Source: Lytechinus pictus (lineage: Eukaryota). Taken from it: 64,000 nt of DNA. The stretch is taken from positions 21,020,001 through 21,084,000 of the forward strand of contig NC_087250.1 in the NCBI RefSeq assembly GCF_037042905.1, in the 5' to 3' direction. Positions 51,255 to 63,790 of the stretch are shown here, one piece after another. Positions within the stretch are counted from its first letter, which is position 1. Each line of letters opens with the position of its first letter. Under the pieces are notes generated by a model, which searched no databases, was not told where the DNA came from, and saw nothing but the letters and a program-made list of their open reading frames with translations. A program made the position numbers and the translations under genes.

Positions 51255-52105
51255 ATTTATTCCCTAATTCGACTCTCAATCGTGAATAAATTATTTTCAG
51301 TCACGCCTCACTATCCTTAAGCACAACCAGTGCAACAACATCAACACCTGAAATAGAAAACATTTATATACTTTACAAAAAACATACCTGTTTCGAGGGG
51401 AGCACCAAGCTTCGACGGCAAGACAGCACGAACGGTACTTACTGACGAATGTACTGAGGCCTCCCTCTGAGTTCAGATCTCGAAGAACTCATCAATGTAC
51501 TTTACATGCTGTAAGGCCTATTCATCCATCAGAATTCTCTTTGCTCTATCTTCTTGCATCCAGTCAATCGTCCACATATCCATCCCGAATAAGACGTCCG
51601 TACTGTGCTGTGTCGAACTCGGTCAGTGAATTCCGAATCGTTTAGGAATTCAGACACTCCTCACGCAAGCATTGTTATGCTAATCGGATACTTCTGCTAA
51701 GAAAAGAAAATGTATTTATTCCCTAATTCGACTCTCAATCGTGAATAAATTATTTTCAGTCACGCCTCACTATCCTTAAGCACAACCAGTGCAACAACAT
51801 CAACACCTGAAATAGAAAACATTTATATACTTTACAAAAAACATACCTGTTTCGAGGGGAGCACCAAGCTTCGACGGCAAGACAAGCTAAACTTATAGCT
51901 CCCCCTCTCAGTCAATCAAAGAACGGGTAAACAAGAAAATGAGTTACACGACGCAATCATTTCAATTTAACCAACTTTAAATGTATAATGATAATAATAC
52001 ATGTCTCATTCAACAATCTCATCGAACGCCTACAATCCATCTTTAACAAAGTTATACGTATAATCATACTAGGCTGAGGCTAATTTACCCGGTATAAAAA
52101 TAATT

Positions 52106-53140
52106 CTAAAGCCCCAAATTCATAGAAATTGAAAGACAATCCTTCATATTGTCTTTAATATATCCATCCTTAGCAGTCTCCGACCTCCACCTACCTTGTT
52201 TCTTAAACAACCTGTCTGGAACACCAAAGTTCGCTGCTGCTGTGGCTCCGCCACTTCGGAGGCTATGCATGCCAAAACTCTTTGGATTCAACCCTACTTT
52301 CGCCAACGCCTCTCTCAATAATTCTAAACATCTAGTATAAGACAACTGTCCACGTCTTAACTTGTAACTATTACTGGATTTACAGTAATTTAGAGGCCTA
52401 AAAAGAAATACTTCATCAGAATTTGTAAATTTTGTGATTTATTTCAATTTGAATAATAAAAACAGAATTATAAAAAAAAGAAATACTTCATCAGAGGCAT
52501 CGTTAAGCCCCGCTGCAATCAAATATTTCCTCAAAGCTAATACGGGGCAGGTGGGGAATTTGTAGCACCTATAAGAACCCATGCTCCTTGCCTGTAAATA
52601 TCGGTTTTACTTTTCATGATGAAAGTATTCACATGAGACAAATACAAGTCTAAATCACATTTACGAATATGTATCATTTCATCAAATCGTAGAATGCCTG
52701 CGTAGGAAATCAAAACCATAGTACATAATCGAATATCTAATAGACTCGTTGAAGATCCATACTTCTCAACAACTGCTTTCAAAATGTCTGGGGTTATAAC
52801 TTCTTTCTTAACGATCGGTTTGTTTCGTAATTTCTTTAAACATTGTAAAACAATATGTATGAACTTGCGATCACAGGGATTAACATTCATCCTTGGCTTG
52901 CAGTCAAAATGCCACTTAATGGCGTAAAAAGCCGATTCTATCCTCGAATAAGGAGCTTCTCTTTGATACAAATGAATAAGATAGCGACTAATATCTTCTG
53001 GTTCTGCTGTGTCAGAATTTACTTTATTTTGCTTACACTAATCTCTCCAGGTATTCAACGCTCTGTTGTATTTACTCATAGTGTTATCAGCTCTCGAAGC
53101 TGTCAAGACCTTGTTCAAAGTTATATCATATCCTTCATGG
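52106..53140 (-). pseudogene. Tyrosine recombinase (phage-integrase family), disrupted
   Basis: GILRFDEM, KSKTDIYRQG, HSLRSGGATAAA, QGRWRS, KDGY. Confidence 0.92.
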
Positions 53141-53959
53141 AGAGAATTTCTGGATTTAAGAAAATTTAAACAAAACTTATAAGCTGGTATATATTTATCT
53201 CAACACAATATATTCAAATTGTGATAAATTCTCAAGTTCAGTCATTCTTATCAAATTCTCAAAATTTAATCACTTCTAATACGTTTTACAGCCATGACAG
53301 CAAAATTAAACATTAACTATGCAGCTATCCTCAAACCAGGTGGTTTTATATTTTCACTAAAATTTCAGTATGAAATTCATTAGATCACAATTCCATATCA
53401 TAATTCGTTTCAATCGTCTTGAAGGCTTAGCAAAACAATAGCTTTGGGATTCATTTCCTTTGCGAAAATGTTTATTTTTGCCTTAAAACACTTGCAAAAA
53501 ACTTTCTGAAACATTTCATTCACAAGAATTCTGTAATTTTGAGACTTTGAATGTTTTCAATCATCACCAATTTCTTCATTCTGAGCTCCGCCGCCAGTAA
53601 ATTATAACTAATTTGAGAATGAAATCTCATATCAATTCCTTATCAACCTTTACGATGGTTATCCTTTTACATAATCATAACATTCTCCAATTTCCATCAC
53701 CACTTCTTTGCTCTGCAGCATAAGTGGATCCTAGCTATGCAGCTATCTGCCATGCGGCCGTGTAAAAATTACATGTTGCATTCCAACAGTATAATTTTGA
53801 ATTAACCTCCATCAAATGGATTTATTACATACCAGCATTCATGTCAGCCATCTCTCACAAACCGTTTTTTTTTTTATTTTTTATTTTTTTTATTATTATT
53901 TCTGCCTTGAACGAAAATTCCTTGAGGATTATCAATTTTGAAGTATTCAGAGAATAAGG

Positions 53960-55720
53960 AACGAAAATCACTTTGTTCAGAGAAAAGAATCGGCCAGAAG
54001 GGTGCAGACGGCCAGAAGGGAACAACCAAAGTCCCCCTAGCAGAACAAAACCTTCAGATGCTTAAGTACTTGCCCTATACATGCTATACATTCGATAGGT
54101 GGAACCAACCAATTATTCTCGCCCGACCAATCACATGAGAAGGGATCAACATGATCTATTAGGGGACACCAATATTTAGAATTGAACTTCTTAATTTTGA
54201 AATTAAAATCGTCCGCAAGTCTGTCCACAGTGTGAGGGCCCCAGATTTTGTCCAAAAATCCGACAAATTCATCTGACACACCCCAATCATCAAAATCTAT
54301 CATGCGACTTAATGCATCTGCAAAACGGTTCTCCTCTCTGGGAGCCCAATGAACGTGAAGACTAATGTTGTTTCTTTTACACAACTCAAAGATGTGTAAA
54401 CTCATCTCATGCAATTCTGCAATCATACTTCCTTTATTTACAATCGATCCTACTCCTTTATTATCACAGAGGACCTTGACAGTTTTATGTCTCATGTGAG
54501 ATACAACTGTTTGCAGTGTCATACTTACTGACTTGAGTTCTCTCCAAGTGGAGCTTTTAACCATTTCAAACTCAAACCAATCTCATCCCATTTCATGCCT
54601 GCGCACTCAGAAACCCAGGCCCCGCAGCCTGATGGACTTGCATCAGAATAGATGAAAGTCTGTGGAACTGAATAAGCAGAAATAATGTTTACGTTAAGAA
54701 TATGCAAATTCTTCTCCAGAAGAAGAACACGAATATTAATTCATCACTATTGATCACATTATGTCCTATCCCAATGTACCCTCCGGATGATTTCGTGATG
54801 CATAAATCTGGTTTTAATTTGAGTAACTGTGCCAAACACTGGATACAATGTATCTTTCCAACTATAACTACGATCCTTCGTTCTGAAACCTCAGGCAATT
54901 CTGCTTGAAATGAATCTGAACATAACTCAAGATCCTTCATCCTTCTTTCAGTAATCTTTATATAAGCTACTCTGCTTTCCCGTGGTATTCCTAACCAATC
55001 CAAACACTGGACAGGAGTCCATTGAGATATTTCTCAACATTTGGTATCAAACCTGCTTCAAGTAAGTCATTTTTCACCGTCTTGACCATAGTATCATACG
55101 AATCAAAGGAAGCAGCACTACCCAATCATCTATATACAAAAAAAAAATGAAAATACCATTTCTATACGCCAATGATTAACGATAGGCTTAAATCGTGTAA
55201 TGAAAACAAAGGTAGCTGTTGCCAACCCAATGACAACACCTAAAAGGAGAAAAACCTTGTACCACTACCAAAATCCCAACTAAAGCCTACAATTTTTCAT
55301 GCACTTGAAAAATGTAATAATGATGATAACCTTGCTTAAGTTCAAAGGAAAGCATAAAATCTCCCTGTTTTAAATAAGACATGACTACATTCCAGTCTTC
55401 AAGTATAATAGTGTTCTTCCACAAGTGTTAGTTGACATAACGTTAACCAAGAATCAGTCTCTTTTTATATCTGAACTCTGAATTGAATCTGAAAGGGGGT
55501 AACATCATGGGGTGCAGTGGTGGATTCAACAACCAAACCCTTTTTAATAATAATTCGTTAATGGCTTCAGAAACGAAATCGGGATCGATGTCAATGCTGA
55601 CTTATCATCTTATTGTAAGGTAATTTGTAACCATGTTCATTGACATCTACAACAAATTGAGATGCATCAGTTGATTTCCAAATTGTAAGGAAGCATTCAA
55701 TCTACCTTTAACCAAAGGTT
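53960..55720 (-). pseudogene. RT, RNase H and DIRS-type adenine methyltransferase-like domain, frameshifted
   Basis: YSDAS, SSTWRELK, CDN, HWAPREENRFADALSR (RH); GPHTVDR..FNSKYWCP..DWSGENNWLVPP and LVVPFWPSAPFWP (MT). Confidence 0.85.
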
Positions 55721-56159
55721 CTGAATTTCATTGATCATACTCATAATTTCTCAAATAAAATTCTTCCTCCTACCCTGCACATCTTGTCGAATCAACACTA
55801 ACGTTACTCGATGTTTCCCAACCGAAACAAATTCAACAATGCTCTGTTTCTGTATTTCTTAATTTAGAAGGGCCCGCTGACGGACCAGGAGTAGTCAATA
55901 TATTCCAGATTGTTTGATCTGTGTCATATCTATGTCTAGGTTCATTAGTAAGAGGTAGAATTCAACCAAAATAACACATCTTTTCTTAACATATAATTAT
56001 GGACTAGGTAGAATCAAGAATAGATTCCTTTGCTACGCCCTTCTGATCATTCTACTCTTCAGTTCTCAAATACCACACTTCGTCAAATACAGAACAAAAC
56101 TGACATTTACCTTGCTCAGTTTGACCATGATCAATGGATCATTTAACTCTGTTGAGCAT

Positions 56160-57113
56160 TGTTATCTCTGAAGGATGAATCTTGCTGGGATCTTGCTTCC
56201 TGATACCTGGGCAACTTCTCCAGTGCCCATGTCTACCACAGGCAAAACGTTCGTCGGTGGTCTGAGGCAACTTGCATACCCGCGCCAACTATTTTGTACA
56301 TATAAGTTGGCGACACTGCCAAGCGAATATCGATTTCTTGACCCAAAGGGTATACGAAATAAGTTGTCGGAAGTAGTAGAAGAACCTTGAAAATTTCCAA
56401 CATTCTTGCCCAATATAACCTTTGTTTGTTGAACGAAATAACTTACGCTTTCTATTTACACAAGCCTGAGCTTGCCTCATTCTTTTCTCCCTCATCAGTA
56501 TTCATCCAATGCGGACCAACCTAAAATATAAAAATGATCTCTATATATTTATTTGATTAATCTCCCATAATTAAGTCATAAAGTAATTCCGCTGAAAAAC
56601 GAACAGCTTCCATTAACAACATAAGGCCATATCTATTATGTACAACCGTTCATAAATTTCAAAAGCAATAGCCTAGTTTGGAATTTTCATTCATCTTTAT
56701 CTCACTAACCTGCTTCAGATTCATCTGCTTTTCTGATATGTTTCTTCCTTTTAATTATATCTGCAATACCTTACTTCAGCAAAGCAAGGGCTGCGCCCGC
56801 TGCTTACCTTACTCTAATAAGGCAAATTTCTTATCCAACTCCTCCTGGCGTCTAGAATTATATTCATATTGAACCTTATTACCTTTCGAAAGACATCTCC
56901 GACGCCCTTTTTTAGTTGTAGAAGCTCCGCTGACCCGGGCAATGTATCGAGAATCAACATAATCAAACAGCCAGCCCAATCTTTAAACGAGCCAATGCTT
57001 CCTTTGTAGCATTGCTTACAAGAAGGCGAAGAGACTCCAGATTATTGAGTAAAATTTTCTGAAACTGCCTTTAATTTGTGGCATAACCCGAGGTTAATTT
57101 CTTGATTCGCCAT
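56160..57113 (-). pseudogene. Gag-like ORF of the DIRS element, decayed
   Basis: ATG at 57113; position between A1 and RT; knuckle remnant RFACGRHGHWRSCP at ~56206-56250. Confidence 0.6.
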
Positions 57114-57360
57114 TATTTTATATTTAACATCGAATCCAAACGTAGATCTATTACGATAAGGCCTATAGAGTTTAACACGTGGAAGAAGCGTTGAAATAAG
57201 ACGTCCGTACTGTGCTGTGTCGAACTCGGTCAGTGAATTCCGAATCGTTTAGGAATTCAGACACTCCTCACGCAAGCATTGTTATGCTAATCGGATACTT
57301 CTGCTAAGAAAAGAAAATGTATGACTTTTGTCCAGCTGAAAAAAAGGCCTACTTGACATT

Positions 57361-57870
57361 ATTCAATTCAATTCAAATAAAACATTTATTTTCTTCTATT
57401 TCATCACATAGTTTTCTTGTAACATACATACATAAATCAATTTGTTATGAAAAATATAAATATATACATGTTGGGTTTAAGGAAGAAGGCGTATACCCTA
57501 AAAGCTGAGGCTTGTGGCGGGATACGCCTATAGACATAAATACAATACAATCAACAATACAAAGGAAAGGGCAGAGAAAAGAAGAAAAGGAAAGGGAACA
57601 AGAGAGGGAGACGTGAGCGGGGAGGCGGGCATGAAAATAGAATGCTCAACAAAATATCAGTGGGGGGCAAAATATAAATGCCGCAACCACAATTGTCCAT
57701 GGTTCATGTTATCATGTTTAAAGTCAAAAGGAAACGTAAGATGAGAAATATTTATATATAAAACGACAGAAGCAATTTTTTTCATTTTATACTTAAAGCT
57801 GGTTGTCGATAGAGATTTTTTTATGTAATCCGGAATTTCAATTTATGTCACTGTTCTCATTAGCGTAGAT
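57361..57870 (-). mobile_element. 3' end of a CR1/L2-group LINE
   Basis: (TTGAA)n tail; hairpin aggcgtataccc..gggatacgcct; similar layout to 25300-26372. Confidence 0.55.
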
Positions 57871-59279
57871 TAAATTTAATTTCTCTGCTGCCAAATAATA
57901 TTTTTAAACATTAGAATTAATCTGAAAGATATCAAAGATCAGATGATTTTTGGTAAAGTTAGAAAGTGATTACTTCATCAGAAGTACCTGCGACAAGACT
58001 TATGTACATTACAGTAATACGCTAATGGTTTTCTGCGGTTGTAATAGTTCAACTACTTGAGGTATTAATACCTTATTATGAAATACCTTACTTCGTTTTG
58101 TATATCTTTGCATTTGTTGGTCATTTGCCATTATCAGGGGAAGCGGAATTTCAATAAACTTGAACTAAATCTTTTAAAATACACGAACTACCCTTTCTGC
58201 ATGGTCATTCATTAGGGATATAACTGTTTGGGGATACAATTGCATAAGGCCTATGTGTGTTACCATATATCCATATATCTCTCTAACTATGCCATCAAAA
58301 TTAGAAATAACTGCTATCGAATATTTATTTCGGCACCTTCGAAGTTGACGCTGATTAAAGGTAAAACCTGGGTCTGTTAAAAAAGCACGAACTTTGAGAG
58401 ATTGTGTAGATGAATCATCTTTAGCCTGCAACCATCATAGCACTGTCATCGAAATGTATCTATACCATATTTCATGTCGTAGATGGCGCCCTTAGGTTTT
58501 GTGACGGAGATAACACAGAATTACGGGACATAAAATATCCGACAAAATTGTTGTTTTCTTGCAAAATTTTCAACATGTACTCATATTTACATATATTCAT
58601 TCAAGAAAAGAACTATCATCGGTATTTCTCAGGCACAGAGCCTAATATAATATTCATCCATTCGGAATTTATGAAATTATGATTCAATTTTGATGATATC
58701 GTCGGGACATGCGGTTGTATTAGGGGGTTCGGCACATTCAGACAAAACAACAACAAAAAATCACCGAACAGATTAATTTCTCCAAACTCCGTTAATATAC
58801 ATTGTTAAAGACATTCATGTCAGCATAAATAGAGAAAAGTTAAAGTTAAAATCACATAAATATTTCTTTGATTATCATGATTATTATAATTATCGGGACA
58901 CAAAAGGAGACACTTAAGTTTGCGAAGTATCACCATCATAATGAGTGACCTGTGCTTTTGTGCTCCTGGAAAATCTTGGTAAAAACCTAGCTTAGCCTTG
59001 ACATAACCCTCTTACTACGGTTATTGAGTCTTCAATTGAGAAGATTAACAAAAACTGACATTTGAACAAAATCAACAGGAGCAGTACTCAACCACGTAGC
59101 CAGGATTTCATTTAGGAGGGGGCGGTAAATGCACGCGAAGCATGCCAACAATTAAAGAGCGCGCGAAGCGCGCTCCCTAGGAGATGGGTGCAGGGAGGGG
59201 GAGTTTCCCCCTCCCTTGCGAAGCGCGAAGTTTTCGGTGTTTCATAAATTAAAATGAAAATGAGCCGTCTCTCCTGTCT

Positions 59280-61075
59280 CTAGTATTATATATTTGTTAG
59301 AAGTATGGATAGACATGATAGAGACGAAGGATTTTCGATTTAAATCTGATACATTTAAAGGAAATGTTTTTAAAAATAAATTTGTACGAATTCAAGGGAA
59401 ATTCATATTTAACCAAAAGGTATGTGAAAATAATATTTACAGAGTGAAAAAAATTATGGATTATGATAGAAACTTAAGGTCATTTTCGTACTTCCAAAGA
59501 CAGGGTTTAAACATAAATGATTTTCATTTGATAGAGTCAATTTATAAAACTATTCCAGTCAGCTGGAAACGAAATATGAAAATAGATAGCAAAGAGGCTT
59601 CTCTTAGGGAAGGAATATCATTTATATCTGAAAAAGAATTTTGTCAATAGATCTAGAGGAGTTAGTATCCAAAAGGGGGGGGGGGGGGTTGGGAGGTAGA
59701 ACATCACTTTTTGTCTCACCTGCATAGCAGAGTGAGACTATAGGCGCCGCTTTTCCGACGGCGACGGCGGCGGCGGCGGCGGCGTCAACACCAAATCTTA
59801 ACCTTAGGTTAAGTTTTTGAAATGACAGCATAACTTAGAAAGTATATGGACCTAGTTCATGAAACTTGGCCATAAAGTTAATCAAGTATTACTGAACATC
59901 CTGCCTGAGTTTCATGTCACATGACCAAGGTCAAAGGTCATTTAGGGTCAATGAACTTAGACCATGTTGGGGGAATCAACATCAAAATCTTAACCTAAGG
60001 TTAAGTTTTTGAAATGTCATCATAACTTAGAAAATATATGGACCTAGTTCATGAAACTTATACATAAGGTTAATCAAGTATCACTGAACATCCTGCATGA
60101 GTTTCACGTCACATGACCAAGGTCAAAGGTCATTTAGGGTCAATGAACTTTGGCCGAATTGGGGTATTTGTTGAATTACAGCCATAAATTTGAAAGTGTG
60201 TTGGTCTAGTTCATAAAACTTGGACATAATAGTAATCAAGTATCACTGAACATCCTGTGCGAGTTTCAGGTCACATGATCAAGGTCAAAGGTCATGTAAG
60301 GTCAAAGAACTTTGGCCACGTTGGGGGTATTTGTTGAATTGCCATCATAACTTTGAAAGTTTATGGATCTGAATCATGAAACTTGGACATAATAGTAATC
60401 AAGTATTACTGAACATCCTGTGCAAGTTTCAGGTCACATGATCAAGGTCAAAGGTCATTTAGGGTCAATGAACTTTGGCCAAATTGGGGTATTTGTTGAA
60501 TTACAGCCATAAATTTGAAAGTGTGTTGGTCTAGTTCATAAAACTTGGACATAATAGTAATCAAGTATCACTGAACATCCTGTGCGAGTTTCAGGTCACA
60601 TGATCAAGGTCAAAGGTCATGTAAGGTCAAAGAACTTTGGCCACGTTGGGGGTATTTGTTGAATTGCCATCATATCTCTATGAGTGTATTGGTCTAGTTC
60701 ATAAAACGTGGAAATAAGAGTAACCAAGTATCACTGAACATCTTGTGCGAGTTATAGTAGTTTTCAAAATCAGCACTGCTGCTATATTGAATCGCGTGAT
60801 GCAGGTGAGACGGCCAGAGGCATTCCACTTGTTATCTTTTTTTTTCTCTCTTATCATTTCATACATCTTGTTAATATTTCATTTTGTAATTGCTGAAACG
60901 CATTAGTATTAATTTCAAGTATCTTTGAAGTTTGATGTATAATTTGTATGATTATACTTGTTATGGTTTTATTGTATAATTTATAATCATGTTTCAAATA
61001 ATATGTACAACTTGCTTATGGAATGTGAATGTGTATTTTGATTTGAGAGAATTCAATAAAACATCCTTAAAAAAT
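59280..61075 (+). mobile_element. L1/Tx1-type LINE 3' fragment, interrupted by the HINE
   Basis: ORF2-like 59294-59650 (NKFVRIQGKFIF..IPVSWK); 3' UTR nearly identical to 61670-61948. Confidence 0.7.
59708..60833 (+). mobile_element. HINE / DINE-1-like non-autonomous Helentron with internal satellite
   Basis: Starts in a T run; subTIR gtctcacctgcat (59713) / atgcaggtgagac (60799); partial IR gtgagac at 59732; (GGC)n; ~162-bp tandem units; no TSD. Confidence 0.85.
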
Positions 61076-61169
61076 ATTTTTAAAAATCGAAAAGAAGTTT
61101 TGTATTTTTGCAGATTTCAGTCGTTTTATTTTTCATTAGTTTGAAATCTTTTTTAATCGATTACAATAT

Positions 61170-61948
61170 TGATTAGAGGAAGAAACATATCGCCATCTAT
61201 TTTTGGAATGTGAATATGCTTGTTTGGTTTGGGATAATTGTAAGAAGATGTTTGGTTTTATTTCGACGGGCAATTTAAGCTGGGAGGAAATTCTTGTAGG
61301 TGTAGAATTAAATGACGAAGGAAAGGAACGTTTAGTCAATCATTTTCTAATCTTTGTTAAATTTTTAATCTTCAAAGGGAAGGAAAAGGGTGCACTTATA
61401 ACCATGGATGAAATTAAAAGGAAATTTAAAGAAGAAGAATGGGAAGAAAGAAGGCTGGCGCTAGGTAGAGGTAAGATGTCTCTACATTTAAGGAAATGGG
61501 AAAATCTGAATTAAAAGAATATATAGGGAGAGTGAGGCAAAGGTATATATACAACGAGAGACAAAACCACACAAAAAAATACAAAAATAAATAAATACGG
61601 AGAATTGTAGTCCCTTCCATGTAGAGTACAGGCATAAAAAGGGGAGGGTGCTCCTAACCTAGGGACCGGGGGGGGGGGGGTTGGGAGGTAGAACAACACT
61701 TTTTATCTTTTTTTTTTCTCTCTTATCATTCATACATCTTGTTAATATTTCATTTTGTAATTGCTGAAACGCATTAGTATTAATTTCTAGTATCTTTGAA
61801 GTTTGATGTATAGTTTGTATAATTATATTTGTTATGGATTTATTGTATAATTTATAATCATGTTTCAAATAGTTTGTACAACTTGCTTATGGAATGTGAA
61901 TGTTTATTTTGATTTGAGAGAATACAATAAAACATCCTAAAAAAAAAT
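61170..61948 (+). mobile_element. Second 5'-truncated copy of the same LINE family
   Basis: EETYRHLFLEC..VW..NHFLIFVKFLIF..KW ORF2 end; AATAAA and poly(A) at 61926-61948. Confidence 0.8.
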
Positions 61949-61995
61949 CGTTTATAAAACAAAAATTGTTTATTAAAGAGGGAATTCACCCTTAA

Positions 61996-62454
61996 AGCGA
62001 CCTTTCATTGACAAACCATGGGGAAATCAAGACCAATCTCAGAACGGAGAAGGGTTTAAAGTCTTTCACTCGGGTGTATATGCCTAGGGGTGTTACGTAA
62101 TAGACGCCGGCATGCCTGGGAGGTCTAATACAGGAGAGCAATAGTTAGACTAACCAAGCAGAAGAAAAATGTGTTTTCACTTTGAAACATGTAACTTCAC
62201 AAAGGTTATTTATTTTGGTTTAGCAATCAAGAGACCTGCTAAGAGTCTAGGAATTGGGATTGTTGGAAACTAGAACTGCGATAGCCCGAATTAAATAACG
62301 ATCACGAGTTCGGTCGAATTCGTGTTGTCCGAACTTTTATCGCATTAGTCCGACGGGCTCTCATGACGGACGGAATATATTATGCAAGTCAATTGGCCTT
62401 TTGCAAATTTCGTATTGATTCAATTTCCCCATGATTTGACAATATAAGGTCGCT
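61996..62454. mobile_element. Kolobok-like MITE
   Basis: TTAA on both sides; TIR agcgacctttcattgacaaaccatggggaaat / atttccccatgatttgacaatataaggtcgct. Confidence 0.8.
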
Positions 62455-63609
62455 TTAACAGAAATGATAATACACAAATTGTAGGTTTGCCGAAAATCAA
62501 TTAAAGATTAAGAAAGTGAATATAATTTCAATTTTTGGATATGTGATTTCATAACTGAGCAGCTGTTTCATACTTTGATTAATATAAAGTGCCTAAATTA
62601 AAATGTTTTACTTTGTTTGAGATGACTTATTTTTGTATTCTTTTTAGGAGTGGATGTGAAATAATTGGACTATTGATGTACTCGTGATACAGTAAAACCT
62701 ACATGTAAATTTTCTGAGAAAGTGGCCTTTCGCCGATTATTTTACCATACGATATGAGGGACAACTGCTCGCATTACGTCACAAGTCAAATAACCAAAAT
62801 GCTATTTTTACAATGAACACTTTTTAAGGGTGAACAAAATTTTAATAAATGGCTTGTAATTCTTTGGCCGGGTAGTCTATTAAAGGCGCTTGATCACAAA
62901 AGTCATGTGTTGGGTCCTTGGTCACGGCACTTATGACCGTGAGCAAGGACATTAATTAACAATTTATTCTTCATTCAAACACATGAAAATGATAGAGCAT
63001 TATTTATAGTAATGTGTGCACTTGTTTAAAAAACAATGAATTTTATTCAGTAGAATAGGAATGGTTTTGTAGTGTTCTCCTGAATTTCACAGTCATTTGC
63101 ATAATTAATTACTTCAAATTTATTCAAAACTACTCTTCAGCCTTGTAGTTTACAGCCGGCCCTAGGCACTTTATGCGAATTTTTGCGACTGGAACACAAA
63201 GGTTAAGATTAATTGCTGATTGAAATGGCCTATCAAGATCATCGTTGCATGCGTTTTTTATTCAGGAGACTATCGAGGAACCAATCAGAATTGTTCTTCC
63301 ATATTAGCGATTAGTTGATAACCTGTGTGTTACAGGCCCCAATAGTCGAGATCGGAAGGAGGGGGTGAATTTGATCTGGTCTTGCCCATTCCAAATATGA
63401 CCAAAACAGAGTGATATTCATTCTCAGACACGTTAACCAAACGTTTCAGTGCCCAAAAAATTAGACTTACAATCGATTATAACTTATAAAGTAAAAGAAA
63501 AAAAGCGAAAATGGAACTTGTTTATTTATAATGTGAATGTGTCCTATGAAGTTATTAATCACTAATTAATAAGCTATCTTGGCCGATTCTTAAAAATGCA
63601 GTTTTCACA

Positions 63610-63790
63610 ACTGGGCGTTGTGGCGTGCGCCTGTAATCCAAGCTATGTGGGGAAGTTACAAATTGATGCAGAGGTTCGAGGTACGAGCCCTGGTCACGTC
63701 TTTCGGATGGTGACGTAAAAGGTCGGTCCCAGACGTAAATAAACATATCTGATTGATACACGTCTGACAAAACTCAAATACACACACACA
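63610..63790 (+). mobile_element. Candidate SINE with 7SL-like head, Deu/Nin-like core and (CA)n tail
   Basis: ctgggcgttgtggcgtgcgcctgtaatccaagcta resembles the 7SL/Alu 5' end; gtctttcggatggtgacgtaaaa core; CA-repeat tail. Confidence 0.65.

Larger units (their letters stand above)
51255..57322 (-). mobile_element. PAT-like DIRS-order tyrosine-recombinase retrotransposon, full length, ORFs decayed
   Basis: Split direct repeats A1 57195-57322, B1 51714-51884, A2 51588-51715, B2 51255-51425; gag, RT/RNase H, methyltransferase and YR remnants. Confidence 0.93.

Noticed and set aside
51348..51387. Minus-strand GTATGT...TTTCAG intron-like segment in repeat B
   Set aside because: Only 40 nt, retained in both repeats of a reverse-transcribed element, and no transcript evidence
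52106..54564. Prophage or bacterial integrase plus methylase
   Set aside because: Linked RT/RNase H and split direct repeats identify a DIRS-order retrotransposon
63610..63790. Functional 7SL RNA gene
   Set aside because: Similarity covers only the first ~40 nt; no S domain or 3' Alu strand; ends in (CA)n
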